64,000 nt of DNA from Candidatus Omnitrophota bacterium (lineage in GTDB: Bacteria; Omnitrophota; Gorgyraeia; Gorgyraeales; Gorgyraeaceae): NCBI GenBank assembly GCA_042572045.1, contig JBHPFI010000001.1, positions 47,818 to 111,817 of the forward strand, in the 5' to 3' direction. The position numbers and the translations under genes are program-made. This document shows positions 28,724 through 37,448 of this stretch, one piece after another. The first letter of the stretch is position 1, and each line of letters begins with the position of its first letter. The notes under the pieces were generated by a model. It was given only the letters and a program-made list of their open reading frames with translations, was not told where the DNA came from and made no database searches.

Positions 28724-28924
28724 ATGGCAAAAGGAACAGTAAAATGGTTCAATGACCAGAAAGGTTTTGGGTTTATTACACCTGAAGACGGACCTGATGT
28801 ATTCGTACATCACACCGCGATTCAGAGTGACGGCTTTAAGACTTTAGCAGAAGGCCAGGCAGTCGAGTTAGAAATCGTCGACGGCCCTAAAGGTAAGCAA
28901 GCTCAGAACGTAGTAAAGGCATAA
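28724..28924 (+). CDS. cspA: cold-shock protein, CspA family
   Basis: [33 protein letters not shown]: RNP1/RNP2 motifs. 66 aa. GGAGG RBS. Confidence 0.9.
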   Translation: MAKGTVKWFNDQKGFGFITPEDGPDVFVHHTAIQSDGFKTLAEGQAVELEIVDGPKGKQAQNVVKA

Positions 28925-28939
28925 CCTGAAAAAAACAGA

Positions 28940-28975
28940 TAAGGCCCGCTATTTAAATGCGGGCCTTATTTTGTC
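28940..28975 (+). terminator. rho-independent terminator
   Basis: aaggcccgc-atttaaat-gcgggcctt hairpin followed by attttgt. Confidence 0.6.
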
Positions 28976-28989
28976 GATTTACATAAGGA

Positions 28990-29625
28990 GTGGCACAAAA
29001 GATGCAGGATAGACTGAAGTCGATATGCGAGCAGGCCATGGGAGAAGGCCTTAAGATAGATCTGGAAGGTTGCCATTACGGTGAGACCACCGGGTCGTGC
29101 AAGGTCATAAGAAGGCCGACCAGCTATTATTATTTCCTTGCGGGGCTTATCCGTTCCCAAAGAATGACCCATGTGCTGGAAATAGGGACAAATTCCGGCG
29201 GCTCTATCATGTCCATGTATAGAGGATTAGATAAAGAGGATATACTTAATAGTAAACTCGTGACCGTGGATATAGAGCGTAAGAATCAGGAGGGCTTTAA
29301 GGAATACCCCAATATAGAGCGCATTACAGGAGATTCTTTAGACGAGAGAGTCATAAAAGAGGTGCAAAATCGCTTTGATAGGCCAATAGACCTTATCTAC
29401 ATAGATTCACTTCATGAATATAGCCACACCAAAAAGAATATAGATGTTTACGTCAGGTTGCTCGATCCGCGATACATCGTGCTCGATGATATAAGGCAGT
29501 GCGATTCAATGGTGGAATTATGGAAAGACATAACGCAAGAATTTAAGAATAACGCGTTCGATGCCTCTGATGTCAGCTTCAGAAAAGGAGCCGGGATTGG
29601 AGTTATTGAATGGAGGAAGGTTTAG
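28990..29625 (+). CDS. SAM-dependent methyltransferase-like protein (CmcI/O-MTase-like fold)
   Basis: THVLEIGTNSGGSIMSM (motif I-like) and LIYIDSLHEY... resemble the CmcI/class I methyltransferase family. Confidence 0.4.
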   Translation: MAQKMQDRLKSICEQAMGEGLKIDLEGCHYGETTGSCKVIRRPTSYYYFLAGLIRSQRMTHVLEIGTNSGGSIMSMYRGLDKEDILNSKLVTVDIERKNQEGFKEYPNIERITGDSLDERVIKEVQNRFDRPIDLIYIDSLHEYSHTKKNIDVYVRLLDPRYIVLDDIRQCDSMVELWKDITQEFKNNAFDASDVSFRKGAGIGVIEWRKV

Positions 29626-29698
29626 CCCCAATAGAGCTTGACCGTTTTTTTTGTTGTGCTATACTTAACGATATATATTAAAAGAGGAGAACAGGCAT

Positions 29699-30280
29699 AT
29701 GGGAAACAATGTTCATGATAACAAGACCCCTCAGGAACCCTCAATGACTTATGATGAAATAATGAAAGAAGGAAAAAAGTGGGGGGTCGATATTACCTGG
29801 GAAAAGCTCAATCATTACAAATCACTCGGACTGCTTCCAAAATCCAAAAAAATGCCTGGGGAAAAAGAAGGTTCCTACCCAGCCTCTATCATTGTTAATT
29901 TAAAGTTATATCATTTCTTGCAGAGCTCTTTAAGCTTTACTTTAGAGGAAATCAGGGATTTATTAGATAAAATTAGTATCCCTGATTCTTCAGCAATGGA
30001 TAAGGTTGAGATTCTTCAGGATTGGCTAGGCCTCTCTTACAGTCATTTTTTCGATTATGTAGTCAACGATTTTAAAAACTGGAAAGGGGAACACGATAGT
30101 TTATCATTACCCAATGTTATATTATTGATAAATTGGTGTTATAAAAGGTATTTTCAGACCTCGGGCCTTTCCTATTTAAATAAAAGCTTAAAAGAAATCT
30201 CGCCTGAGAAAATAGCTAAGGAATGGGCAAAGGAAGCTGTTAAGGAAATAAGGTCTACATTAGACATAGAGACGAGGTAA
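29699..30280 (+). CDS. hypothetical protein
   Basis: AAGAGGAG RBS. No motif recognised. Confidence 0.35.
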   Translation: MGNNVHDNKTPQEPSMTYDEIMKEGKKWGVDITWEKLNHYKSLGLLPKSKKMPGEKEGSYPASIIVNLKLYHFLQSSLSFTLEEIRDLLDKISIPDSSAMDKVEILQDWLGLSYSHFFDYVVNDFKNWKGEHDSLSLPNVILLINWCYKRYFQTSGLSYLNKSLKEISPEKIAKEWAKEAVKEIRSTLDIETR

Positions 30281-30420
30281 TTTTTTAGATTTCGTTGTTT
30301 TAACCTACCAGAAACTACAATATTACTATAATAGTTTTTACCGGGCAGGCATTATTCTTTCGCCTTGTTTTTGTTGCCCCAGGGTAGTATCATGTTCCTA
30401 AAGAGCAAAGGAGAGTAGTC

Positions 30421-31017
30421 GTGGAGGTGTTGAGTAATCTTGGTGTCCTTTTGGGGAGTTCATGGGCGTCAGGCGTAAACCTTTATCTAACCATCGCAGG
30501 GTTGGGGATTGCGAATAAAGTTGGCTTGATAAATCTGCCAGGAGATATGGGTGTCATTTCTAATCCGCTTATCATTGCTGTCGCTATATTGATGTATCTG
30601 GTTGAATTTGTTGCCGATAAGATCCCGCTGGTAGATTCTGCGTGGGATTCAGTGCATACGTTCATCAGGCCTATAGGCGGTGCAGCTTTGTCATATATGG
30701 CAATGGCTAATGTAGGCCCAGTAGCGCAAATACCGGCTGCGCTTATCAGCGGCGCAGTATCTATGGATTCTCATCTTACAAAAGCCACTACCCGGGTCGC
30801 CATAAATACATCTCCGGAGCCAGTCACAAATTCAATTGCGAGCGTGTCAGAGGACGCATTAGTGGTAGGCGCGCTGTGGATGGTGGTAAATCATCCTGTT
30901 GTAACCGGGATAGCTGTAATTCTCTTTATTTTATTTTCTATATGGTTTTTAAAGATGATGTTCAAATTTGTAAAGAAAATATTTAGTTTTTTTAAACCTA
31001 AAACTAACACTAATTAA
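30421..31017 (+). CDS. DUF4126-like integral membrane protein
   Basis: The N-terminal LGSSWASGVNLYLTIAGLGIA pattern resembles DUF4126. Four to five TM helices. Confidence 0.4.
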   Translation: MEVLSNLGVLLGSSWASGVNLYLTIAGLGIANKVGLINLPGDMGVISNPLIIAVAILMYLVEFVADKIPLVDSAWDSVHTFIRPIGGAALSYMAMANVGPVAQIPAALISGAVSMDSHLTKATTRVAINTSPEPVTNSIASVSEDALVVGALWMVVNHPVVTGIAVILFILFSIWFLKMMFKFVKKIFSFFKPKTNTN

Positions 31018-31035
31018 CACGGAGGGAGGTAACAA

Positions 31036-31578
31036 ATGACAGTAAGGACAATGTTAAAGATGGAGAATGTGACTTGGGTTTTTATAGCCCTATTGACAGT
31101 CATTATAATTATTTCTTTTTTTCTTCCTTGGGTGACCGTAGAATCGCAACAGGTAGGGGCATTTTCAAAACTTTTGACCGGTAAAAGCCAAGCAGCCATT
31201 GCCACTATTAGCGGATTTAAAATTCCAATATTGGCTAACGGCAAGGACGCTAGGTTAATGATCAGTATTATTAAAATATTTAATCCTAACATAAAAGATG
31301 CGGACAAAAAGAGTTTTGCTGTCTGGGGCATACCTATCTTGGCATTTATTGTCTGCGCAGTTAGTTATTTCTTTGGTAAAAGCAAATGGGTCAATATTGC
31401 ATTTGGCTTGCTTGGTGTGGGGATATTTTTTATTGCTTTTTTTAAAATTAAAACAACAGATTTAAATAAATTAGTGCTAAATGTGAAGATTAGTTCAGGG
31501 ATGTGGCTCATTCTTTACGCGTATTTAGGCATAGGCATTGCGCAGTTTGTTAATTTATTTAGGGTTAGTAAAAAATAA
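31036..31578 (+). CDS. hypothetical integral membrane protein
   Basis: GGAGGGAGG RBS. Several TM helices. Confidence 0.4.
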   Translation: MTVRTMLKMENVTWVFIALLTVIIIISFFLPWVTVESQQVGAFSKLLTGKSQAAIATISGFKIPILANGKDARLMISIIKIFNPNIKDADKKSFAVWGIPILAFIVCAVSYFFGKSKWVNIAFGLLGVGIFFIAFFKIKTTDLNKLVLNVKISSGMWLILYAYLGIGIAQFVNLFRVSKK

Positions 31579-31626
31579 ACTAAAAATTGAGCGTCATTCT
31601 TTGATTTTTTAAGAAAGGAGATCAGG

Positions 31627-32040
31627 GTGATTAAAAGCTTGGTAAGGGCAAGGCAGATTAATGTAATAACTAAAAATGAAATCGGGGCGTTAGCGCGAAT
31701 GATGTCGTTTTTGGTCAATCACGGCATAAACGTAGAGACAATAGCAGGATACTCAAATTACACAGGTGACCAGGGAAATCTTGCTTTTATAACCGATAAA
31801 AATACTGACGCAATTAGTGAATTAATAAGTAACGGATATGAAAATATTAGTGAGAGCGACGTAATTATTATGGAAATTGAAAATAGACCTGGAACATTAA
31901 AAAATATTTCAGAAATCCTTGCCCGTATTAGAATAAATATTAACTATCTTTACTGCACAAGCTGCTCAGGCAGTTGCCCAACCAAGATAGTGTTTTCAAC
32001 CTCAGATAATGATCGAGCAATTAAGGCTTTCACTTCGTGA
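31627..32040 (+). CDS. ACT domain-containing protein (tandem ACT)
   Basis: GTG start after AAGGAG. Two betaalphabetabetaalphabeta-like segments (NEIGALARMMSFLVNHGINVETI and MEIENRPGTLKNISEILARIRINI). Confidence 0.5.
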   Translation: MIKSLVRARQINVITKNEIGALARMMSFLVNHGINVETIAGYSNYTGDQGNLAFITDKNTDAISELISNGYENISESDVIIMEIENRPGTLKNISEILARIRININYLYCTSCSGSCPTKIVFSTSDNDRAIKAFTS

Positions 32041-32164
32041 TGAGTAAAATAGCAGAGAAGATCCTAGAGCTAGACATTGACATTGCTGTTATCAATGAAA
32101 GTCCGGATCCGATAGGGGGCAGCCTTAAAACAAAACAAATATTTAAAGAAAGAAACAGATTATA

Positions 32165-32533
32165 ATGACCCACTCAGGAGACTTTGATTTCGAAGTATCT
32201 TTTTATGAAAACCTTTTAAAGGAAAAGCCCGATTATATCGACGCTTTGGTTGCCTTAGGTGATGCTTATACCAAAGCAGGCCGCTATGAAGACGGCCTTA
32301 GCATCGATAAGAGACTGGCCAAGTTAAAACCAGATGATACAACTGTCCATTATAATCTTGCCTGTAGCTATTCGTTACTTAAGAAGCCTGACTTATGCAT
32401 AGAAGTGCTTAAGAAGGCCCTTGAGTTTGGCTATTGCGACTTTGTATTTATGGAAGAAGATCCTGATCTTGAGTATATAAGAAAAGACGAGAGATATAAA
32501 GACTTAGTATCTAAATATTCTAAGTTAAAATAA
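32165..32533 (+). CDS. TPR-repeat protein
   Basis: Three TPR-like units (ALVALGDAYTKAGRYEDGL, HYNLACSYSLLKKPD, EVLKKALEFGY). Confidence 0.5.
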   Translation: MTHSGDFDFEVSFYENLLKEKPDYIDALVALGDAYTKAGRYEDGLSIDKRLAKLKPDDTTVHYNLACSYSLLKKPDLCIEVLKKALEFGYCDFVFMEEDPDLEYIRKDERYKDLVSKYSKLK

Positions 32534-32542
32534 GAGATAGAT

Positions 32543-32613
32543 TAGATGTATCCCGCTTACAGATTCCCTCTGCGATACTTCCGAATCCCTTAAGCAGGCC
32601 AGGGGCCAGGTAA
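32543..32613 (+). pseudogene. orphan 3'-terminal fragment of the giant-gene family (last ~22 codons plus stop)
   Basis: agatgtatcccgcttacagattccctct matches the gene 2 3' end. gcgatacttccgaatcccttaagcaggccaggggccaggt matches the gene 1 3' end. There is no upstream ORF. The fragment is followed by the same downstream sequence and promoter module as gene 2. Confidence 0.65.
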
Positions 32614-32693
32614 AAATCTTACAGTACAAAATATCCAAAATTATCCCCATAAAACCTGAAATATTATGTTAGTTGGTAATCCCTCCGAGCTTA

Positions 32694-32722
32694 TTGACTA
32701 TTTTAAAGGCTAGTAGTAAAAT
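32694..32722 (+). promoter_or_regulatory. conserved promoter module (TTGACT-17-TAAAAT), copy 1 of 3
   Basis: cttattgactatttt[a/g]aagg... is shared with 48753-48781 and 58850-58878. Confidence 0.45.
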
Positions 32723-32812
32723 AAGGACAATAAGTGAGAACCACGGGGCGGGGTTCGAGATTTAGAAGATAGCTTATGTAAGATGGCTATCTAGATAAAG
32801 GAGGTATCAAAA

Positions 32813-33370
32813 ATGACCAAGAAGCAGGAAAAAAGAGAATATACTTTAGATGGATTAACAGATACCCTAAAGCTTAAATTTGAGGAAGTCAACATTCTCA
32901 ACAATATATTGGAGCTCATAGTATATCAAGATACTAAGCATAGAGTTTTATGGGCGAACAAAGCTGCAGGGGACTCTGTCCAGTCAGAATCTAATCAATT
33001 GATAGGGCGCTATTGTTATGAAGTATGGCACAAGCGTAATGAACCGTGTCTAAATTGCCCTATAAGCAAAGTCATCAAGACAGGCGAGCCGCAGAAATGG
33101 GAAACAGAAGCTGCGGATGGAGGGCATTGGTTTATAAGAGGGTATCCTGTTCGAGATAAAGATGGGAATCTGGTAGGCGTAATTGAAGCTGCATTTGATA
33201 TTGCTGAGCTCAAAGATGCAGAGGAGAATTTACTGAAAAAAGCAGAAGAAGCCACAATGTTAAACAAGTTGTCTGTCGAGAGAGAATGGAAGATGCTGGA
33301 ATTAAAGGGAGAACTGGAATCCCTCAGAGAAAGAATAGCGCGGCTTGAGAAAAAGAAAAAAAATAAATAA
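32813..33370 (+). CDS. PAS domain protein with C-terminal coiled coil
   Basis: AAGGAGG RBS. PAS-like core (ILELIVYQDTKHRVLWANKAA...GHWFIRGYPVRDKDGNLVGVIEAAFDI). The Cys pair CYEVWHKRNEPCLNCP could bind a cofactor. Confidence 0.5.
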   Translation: MTKKQEKREYTLDGLTDTLKLKFEEVNILNNILELIVYQDTKHRVLWANKAAGDSVQSESNQLIGRYCYEVWHKRNEPCLNCPISKVIKTGEPQKWETEAADGGHWFIRGYPVRDKDGNLVGVIEAAFDIAELKDAEENLLKKAEEATMLNKLSVEREWKMLELKGELESLRERIARLEKKKKNK

Positions 33371-33435
33371 CCTTATATAAGAAAAATCTTAGCATAAAAT
33401 CGGGATTGTTTTTTTGTGTTTATAAAGGAGGAATG

Positions 33436-33795
33436 ATGAAGAAGATACTGATCGTGGACGATAACGCCGAAGATATAGCTATTATAAAAAGGTTTCTCGA
33501 TGAAGCGGGTTTTAAGGAGGTCTTAGTTGCAGAAAACGGTGAAGAGGGTGTAAAAAAAGCAAAATCCGAGAAGCCAAATCTGGCGATTATAGACACCATG
33601 CTTCCGGGTATCGATGGCTTTGAGACCTGCAGAAGGATCAAGGAGATCGAGGAAGGCAGGATCAGGGTTGTTATCATAACCGGCGTTTTTGATGCAGTAA
33701 ATATAGCAAAGGCTAAAAAAGTGGGCGCGGATGATTTTACTGCGAAGACCTCTGATTGTGAATCATTGGTTAGGGTGATCAAGCAGTTCATTTAA
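33436..33795 (+). CDS. single-domain response regulator (CheY-like receiver)
   Basis: ILIVDDNAED...LAIIDTMLPGIDGFE...K. Start is placed at the ATG 5 nt after AAAGGAGG; the track ORF starts further upstream at 33406. Confidence 0.7.
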   Translation: MKKILIVDDNAEDIAIIKRFLDEAGFKEVLVAENGEEGVKKAKSEKPNLAIIDTMLPGIDGFETCRRIKEIEEGRIRVVIITGVFDAVNIAKAKKVGADDFTAKTSDCESLVRVIKQFI

Positions 33796-33810
33796 AAGGA
33801 GGAAGGCAAT

Positions 33811-34776
33811 ATGAGCATCAAAGAAATAACGCTCGAGAAGTTTAATGTCACGGATTTTATCGAGGAAAAGTCAAAAGAGGTCGCAGGGCTTGTAGGTGAT
33901 GGAGTGGCTATTAACGCCCTTTCAGGAGGCGTAGATTCTTCGGCTGTTACTATGCTGGGGCACAAGGCCCTGGGAAAGAGGCTTAAGACATATTTTATAG
34001 ATAACGGGATAATGAGAGAAGGCGAGCCTCAGAAGGTCGCGGCATTATTTAAGAAACTAGGGGTTCAGATAGAGATAGTTGACGCGCAGGATGAATTTTT
34101 TAATGCGTTAAAAGGCGTAACCGACCCTGAAGAGAAGAGAGAGGCAATCACCCAGTCTTTTTATAAAGATGTATTTGGTAGGCTTGTAAGAGAGAGCGGA
34201 GCAAAGCATCTTTTGCAAGGTACGATTCTGACAGACGTGGATGAGACAGTTGCCGGCATAAAGAGGCAGCACAATGTCTTTGAGCAGCTGGGCATCGATC
34301 CTCAAAAGGCGTTTGGGTATAGGATTATCGAGCCCCTGATCCAATTGCGCAAGGACGGCGTAAGAAAACTCGCTGCTGGTTTAGGCTTGCCAGAATCCGC
34401 CTATAAGCGCATACCTTTTCCAGGACCAGCGCTCGCAGCCAGGGTCATAGGCGAAGTGACTAAGGAAAAGATCGGCATAATAAGGAAGGCGACCACTGTC
34501 GTTGAAGAGGAGCTTGCTTATACAGGCACGTTCCAGTATATGGCGATTTTGCATCAGGATAGGGTTACCGGCATGAGGGACGGGAAGAGGGATTTTGGCC
34601 TGCAGATCGAGGTGCGATGTTGGGATAGCATAGATGCGAGAAAGGCGACTCCTACGAAATTGCCTTATGACGTACTCTGTAAACTGGCAGACAGAATAGT
34701 CGATGAGGTCCCAGGCGTTGTAAGCGTTACTTATAATATTACCAAAAAGCCCCCCTCGACGATAGAGGCGATATAG
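33811..34776 (+). CDS. guaA: GMP synthase ATP-pyrophosphatase subunit (GuaA subunit B type, PP-loop)
   Basis: PP-loop LSGGVDSS plus the GMP-synthase C-terminal dimerisation signature RIPFPGPALAARVIGEVT. No GATase domain in this ORF or adjacent. Confidence 0.75.
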   Translation: MSIKEITLEKFNVTDFIEEKSKEVAGLVGDGVAINALSGGVDSSAVTMLGHKALGKRLKTYFIDNGIMREGEPQKVAALFKKLGVQIEIVDAQDEFFNALKGVTDPEEKREAITQSFYKDVFGRLVRESGAKHLLQGTILTDVDETVAGIKRQHNVFEQLGIDPQKAFGYRIIEPLIQLRKDGVRKLAAGLGLPESAYKRIPFPGPALAARVIGEVTKEKIGIIRKATTVVEEELAYTGTFQYMAILHQDRVTGMRDGKRDFGLQIEVRCWDSIDARKATPTKLPYDVLCKLADRIVDEVPGVVSVTYNITKKPPSTIEAI

Positions 34777-34793
34777 TACAGGGCAAAATAGCA

Positions 34794-34858
34794 AAATAGG
34801 GACAGCGACATTTATTGGTTATCGATAGTGCCTAATAAATGGTTTGTCCCTATTTTTA
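34794..34858 (+). terminator. nested-hairpin rho-independent terminator
   Basis: atagggaca...(inner hairpin catttatt/aataaatg)...tgtccctat followed by ttttat. Confidence 0.5.
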
Positions 34859-34985
34859 TGCCTATTTGACTCCTTGATAGTCATACAACCCACGCATAAG
34901 TCAAACACAAAATTTGAAACCTTGCCTCCACCCCTGTGACAATGTTTGACTTCTTTTCTTGGTACACTTGACGCTTTGTTAATGG

Positions 34986-35864
34986 ATGGTATACTTCTCG
35001 TTACACGTTAAATTGGCGAGAGGGGTATACGTGAAAAAGTTAATAATAGTAACAACATTTTTTATATTTACGGTAGCAACCCAGGGCTTTACAGAACTTT
35101 CAGAAGCACTTGCTGGGGATTTAGGAATTGAAATAGGATTGGAAACATCCCATATTACTTATGAGGAACCTGGTGTAATGGAAGAAAAGGGCATGATGTA
35201 TGGAGTAAATTGTTCTTTAACATACCGCGGTTGGTTACCTCCATCACCTGCTGAAGTCGATAAGTACATGTTAAGAATAGAAGGAAGATATAGCTATGGA
35301 GAAGTAGATTATGACGGTTCGCTTTCAGATGGAACGCCATATACTATAGATAACATAGATGATTATATGTTAGAGTTTAGAGGCTTAGTGGGTTATGATT
35401 TTTTTATGTCAGAAACATTTATTCTTACACCTTATATTGGATATGGCTATAGATATTTGCATGACGATGTGTCTTTTGACCAGTATGGTTACGGAAGAGA
35501 CTCAAATTATTTCTATAGTCCAATAGGCATAGAGACCATTACTGGGTTAGGGAATGGGTGGTTTGTTGGAGTAAAATTAGAATATGACTATTTTTGGAAT
35601 GGAATGCAGAGAAGTTACCTTAGCGATATTGCCGGCTATAGTGATGCGAAAAACAGACAAAACAGAGGTTATGGTTGCAGGGGCTCTATAAAGCTTAGGA
35701 AGAAAGGTGAGAAAATAGATTTTACAGTAGAACCTTTCATGAGATATTGGAATATTCGAAGGTCAGAAACTTCATACACTACCTGGTATGGAATCTCGTT
35801 CTCTGGGGTGGAACCAAAAAACAATTCTGAAGAATTTGGTATCAACTTCACAGTAGCATATTAA
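34986..35864 (+). CDS. putative outer-membrane beta-barrel protein
   Basis: Signal peptide (probable start VKKLIIVTTFFIFTVATQG near 35031). Tyr/Gly-rich alternating segments. C-terminus ends INFTVAY, an aromatic last residue as in OMP signatures. Confidence 0.4.
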   Translation: MVYFSLHVKLARGVYVKKLIIVTTFFIFTVATQGFTELSEALAGDLGIEIGLETSHITYEEPGVMEEKGMMYGVNCSLTYRGWLPPSPAEVDKYMLRIEGRYSYGEVDYDGSLSDGTPYTIDNIDDYMLEFRGLVGYDFFMSETFILTPYIGYGYRYLHDDVSFDQYGYGRDSNYFYSPIGIETITGLGNGWFVGVKLEYDYFWNGMQRSYLSDIAGYSDAKNRQNRGYGCRGSIKLRKKGEKIDFTVEPFMRYWNIRRSETSYTTWYGISFSGVEPKNNSEEFGINFTVAY

Positions 35865-36147
35865 CATACAAATATATATCCTCGCCTGCCCCACAGCCTA
35901 TCACCTTATTACCCTAATATGCCTGAATACCACACTAAACTGATAGAACGACAACCACATGATAGGCTTAAATTAGGAGATCCGTACAAGAAGACTTGAT
36001 TGTTAGAGTAAAAGTAGTATTATTTTCTACCTTGCCTGTATCCTCTCATCGTAGTATCATAATATGTAACTTAATTACATATAAACCACAAAGGCGCGGG
36101 GTGCGAGGAGTTTAATTATTAATATAAGTCAACCTGGGGTTGCTTTT

Positions 36148-36345
36148 TTGTTTTCAAAGAAAGAAGAAATGAATAAAAAACAATTAATAGCAGTAATAGC
36201 CTTAATCTCAATCATTTCTGTCTGTATCTCTGGTTGTAGAAGCGTCTATGTAGGTGGCAGCGGAAAAATAGGAGGAGTAACAGGCTCAGGTGGAGTAAGC
36301 ATTCCTATTCCAAAGCAAGATTTAGAAACAGATGAGAAGGAATGA
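36148..36345 (+). CDS. small lipoprotein, hypothetical
   Basis: Lipobox-like ISGC after a hydrophobic stretch. Gly-rich. Confidence 0.35.
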   Translation: MFSKKEEMNKKQLIAVIALISIISVCISGCRSVYVGGSGKIGGVTGSGGVSIPIPKQDLETDEKE

Positions 36346-36399
36346 GATGTTGAAGAAAAAATAGAGCCAATCTGGAGTTAATCTGGGTTGGCTTTTTTA

Positions 36400-36540
36400 T
36401 TTGGAGCATATAGGGGTTAAGAACAAGGCGTTCTTAACCTTTCATGATCGGGATCGCAGATTTAAGTTCAAATCCTTGCCCGGGGAGCCATTGTTTTTAG
36501 CCTCTTGCAACAAAATAAGTTGCAAGAGGCTTTTGTTTGG
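36400..36540 (+). ncRNA. candidate small structured RNA with a strong 9-bp hairpin and a terminator
   Basis: Perfect hairpin gttaagaac-aaggc-gttcttaac (36415-36437). A GTTCAAATCC T-loop-like motif followed by ...GGGGAGCCA sits at 36465-36490. Then a 12-bp-stem terminator gcctcttgcaac/gttgcaagaggc plus ttttgttt (36499-36538). It does not fold as a canonical tRNA. Confidence 0.2.
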
Positions 36541-36570
36541 ATTATAATGCGTTGAAAGAGGAGGTGTTAA

Positions 36571-36813
36571 ATGACAATGGAAATGATGCGTGTAGTGCTA
36601 GGATGGTGTTCGATAATCAATATGGGATTACTTCTCTGGTGGTTTTTTGCTATTACGGTATTACATGATTGGGTCTATCGGTTTCATAGCAAATGGTTCA
36701 AGCTGTCGGTAGAAAGGTTTGATGAGATTCACTATACAGGCATAGCGTTTTTTAAGATAGCCATATTCTTTTTCAATATTGTTCCATATTTTGCGTTGCG
36801 TATTGTCGGATGA
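36571..36813 (+). CDS. small membrane protein, hypothetical
   Basis: AGAGGAGG RBS. Two TM helices. Confidence 0.3.
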   Translation: MTMEMMRVVLGWCSIINMGLLLWWFFAITVLHDWVYRFHSKWFKLSVERFDEIHYTGIAFFKIAIFFFNIVPYFALRIVG

Positions 36814-36852
36814 AAGATTTTAAAAGAGACATCCTGAAGAATAAAAAGAGAT

Positions 36853-37422
36853 ATGAAGTTTTTAGCCCTGTCGATTTTAATATTATCCATCATGTTTTGT
36901 TCACTTGCTATAGCAGAAGAGCTGGAACGAGAGGGTCCCGACGGGTTAAAATATGTGGAAGGAGTCTTGGAATATAAGGGTATAAGACGGCATAGGATAA
37001 AAAAGACTAATGATGCAGAGCAATTATTTATTACAGCCGTAGAATTGCTCATAAAAGGGCATTATGATGATAGCATGGAATATTTAAAAGAGGCTATAAG
37101 GAAAGATCCCATATATCTTGATGCTCATTTTATATTGGCTAGTTTATATGAGAGAGAAGGCGATTTGGATAACATGGAGAAAGAATATAGATTCTTTCTA
37201 AAGAAGTCGCATGTAATGCGTAAATGGAAAGAAGAAAGTTTTGGGTTAAAAGACAAGGAATTTGAATTTATCAAAAGGAAATTTGATTATTATAACATCC
37301 CGTTGAAAGAGTCGACCTCCCACTATCTAAATACTAAATATTGGGTTATCGGAACGTTATTCACCCTGGTTGTTGTATCGATAATATTTGTATTAGTGAG
37401 AAAATTATCGGATTTATCTTAA
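36853..37422 (+). CDS. secreted TPR-like protein with C-terminal TM anchor, hypothetical
   Basis: Signal peptide MKFLALSILILSIMFCSLAIA. TPR-like helix pairs. C-terminal hydrophobic helix. Confidence 0.35.
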   Translation: MKFLALSILILSIMFCSLAIAEELEREGPDGLKYVEGVLEYKGIRRHRIKKTNDAEQLFITAVELLIKGHYDDSMEYLKEAIRKDPIYLDAHFILASLYEREGDLDNMEKEYRFFLKKSHVMRKWKEESFGLKDKEFEFIKRKFDYYNIPLKESTSHYLNTKYWVIGTLFTLVVVSIIFVLVRKLSDLS

Positions 37423-37448
37423 TAGTTACAGGAAAGAAAAGGTGAAAA

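Noticed and set aside
36455-36490. Possible tRNA (GTTCAAATCC T-loop motif + CCA)
   Set aside because: No acceptor or T-stem complementarity. No D-arm or anticodon arm of correct size. Kept only as a low-confidence sRNA or tRNA-remnant candidate.
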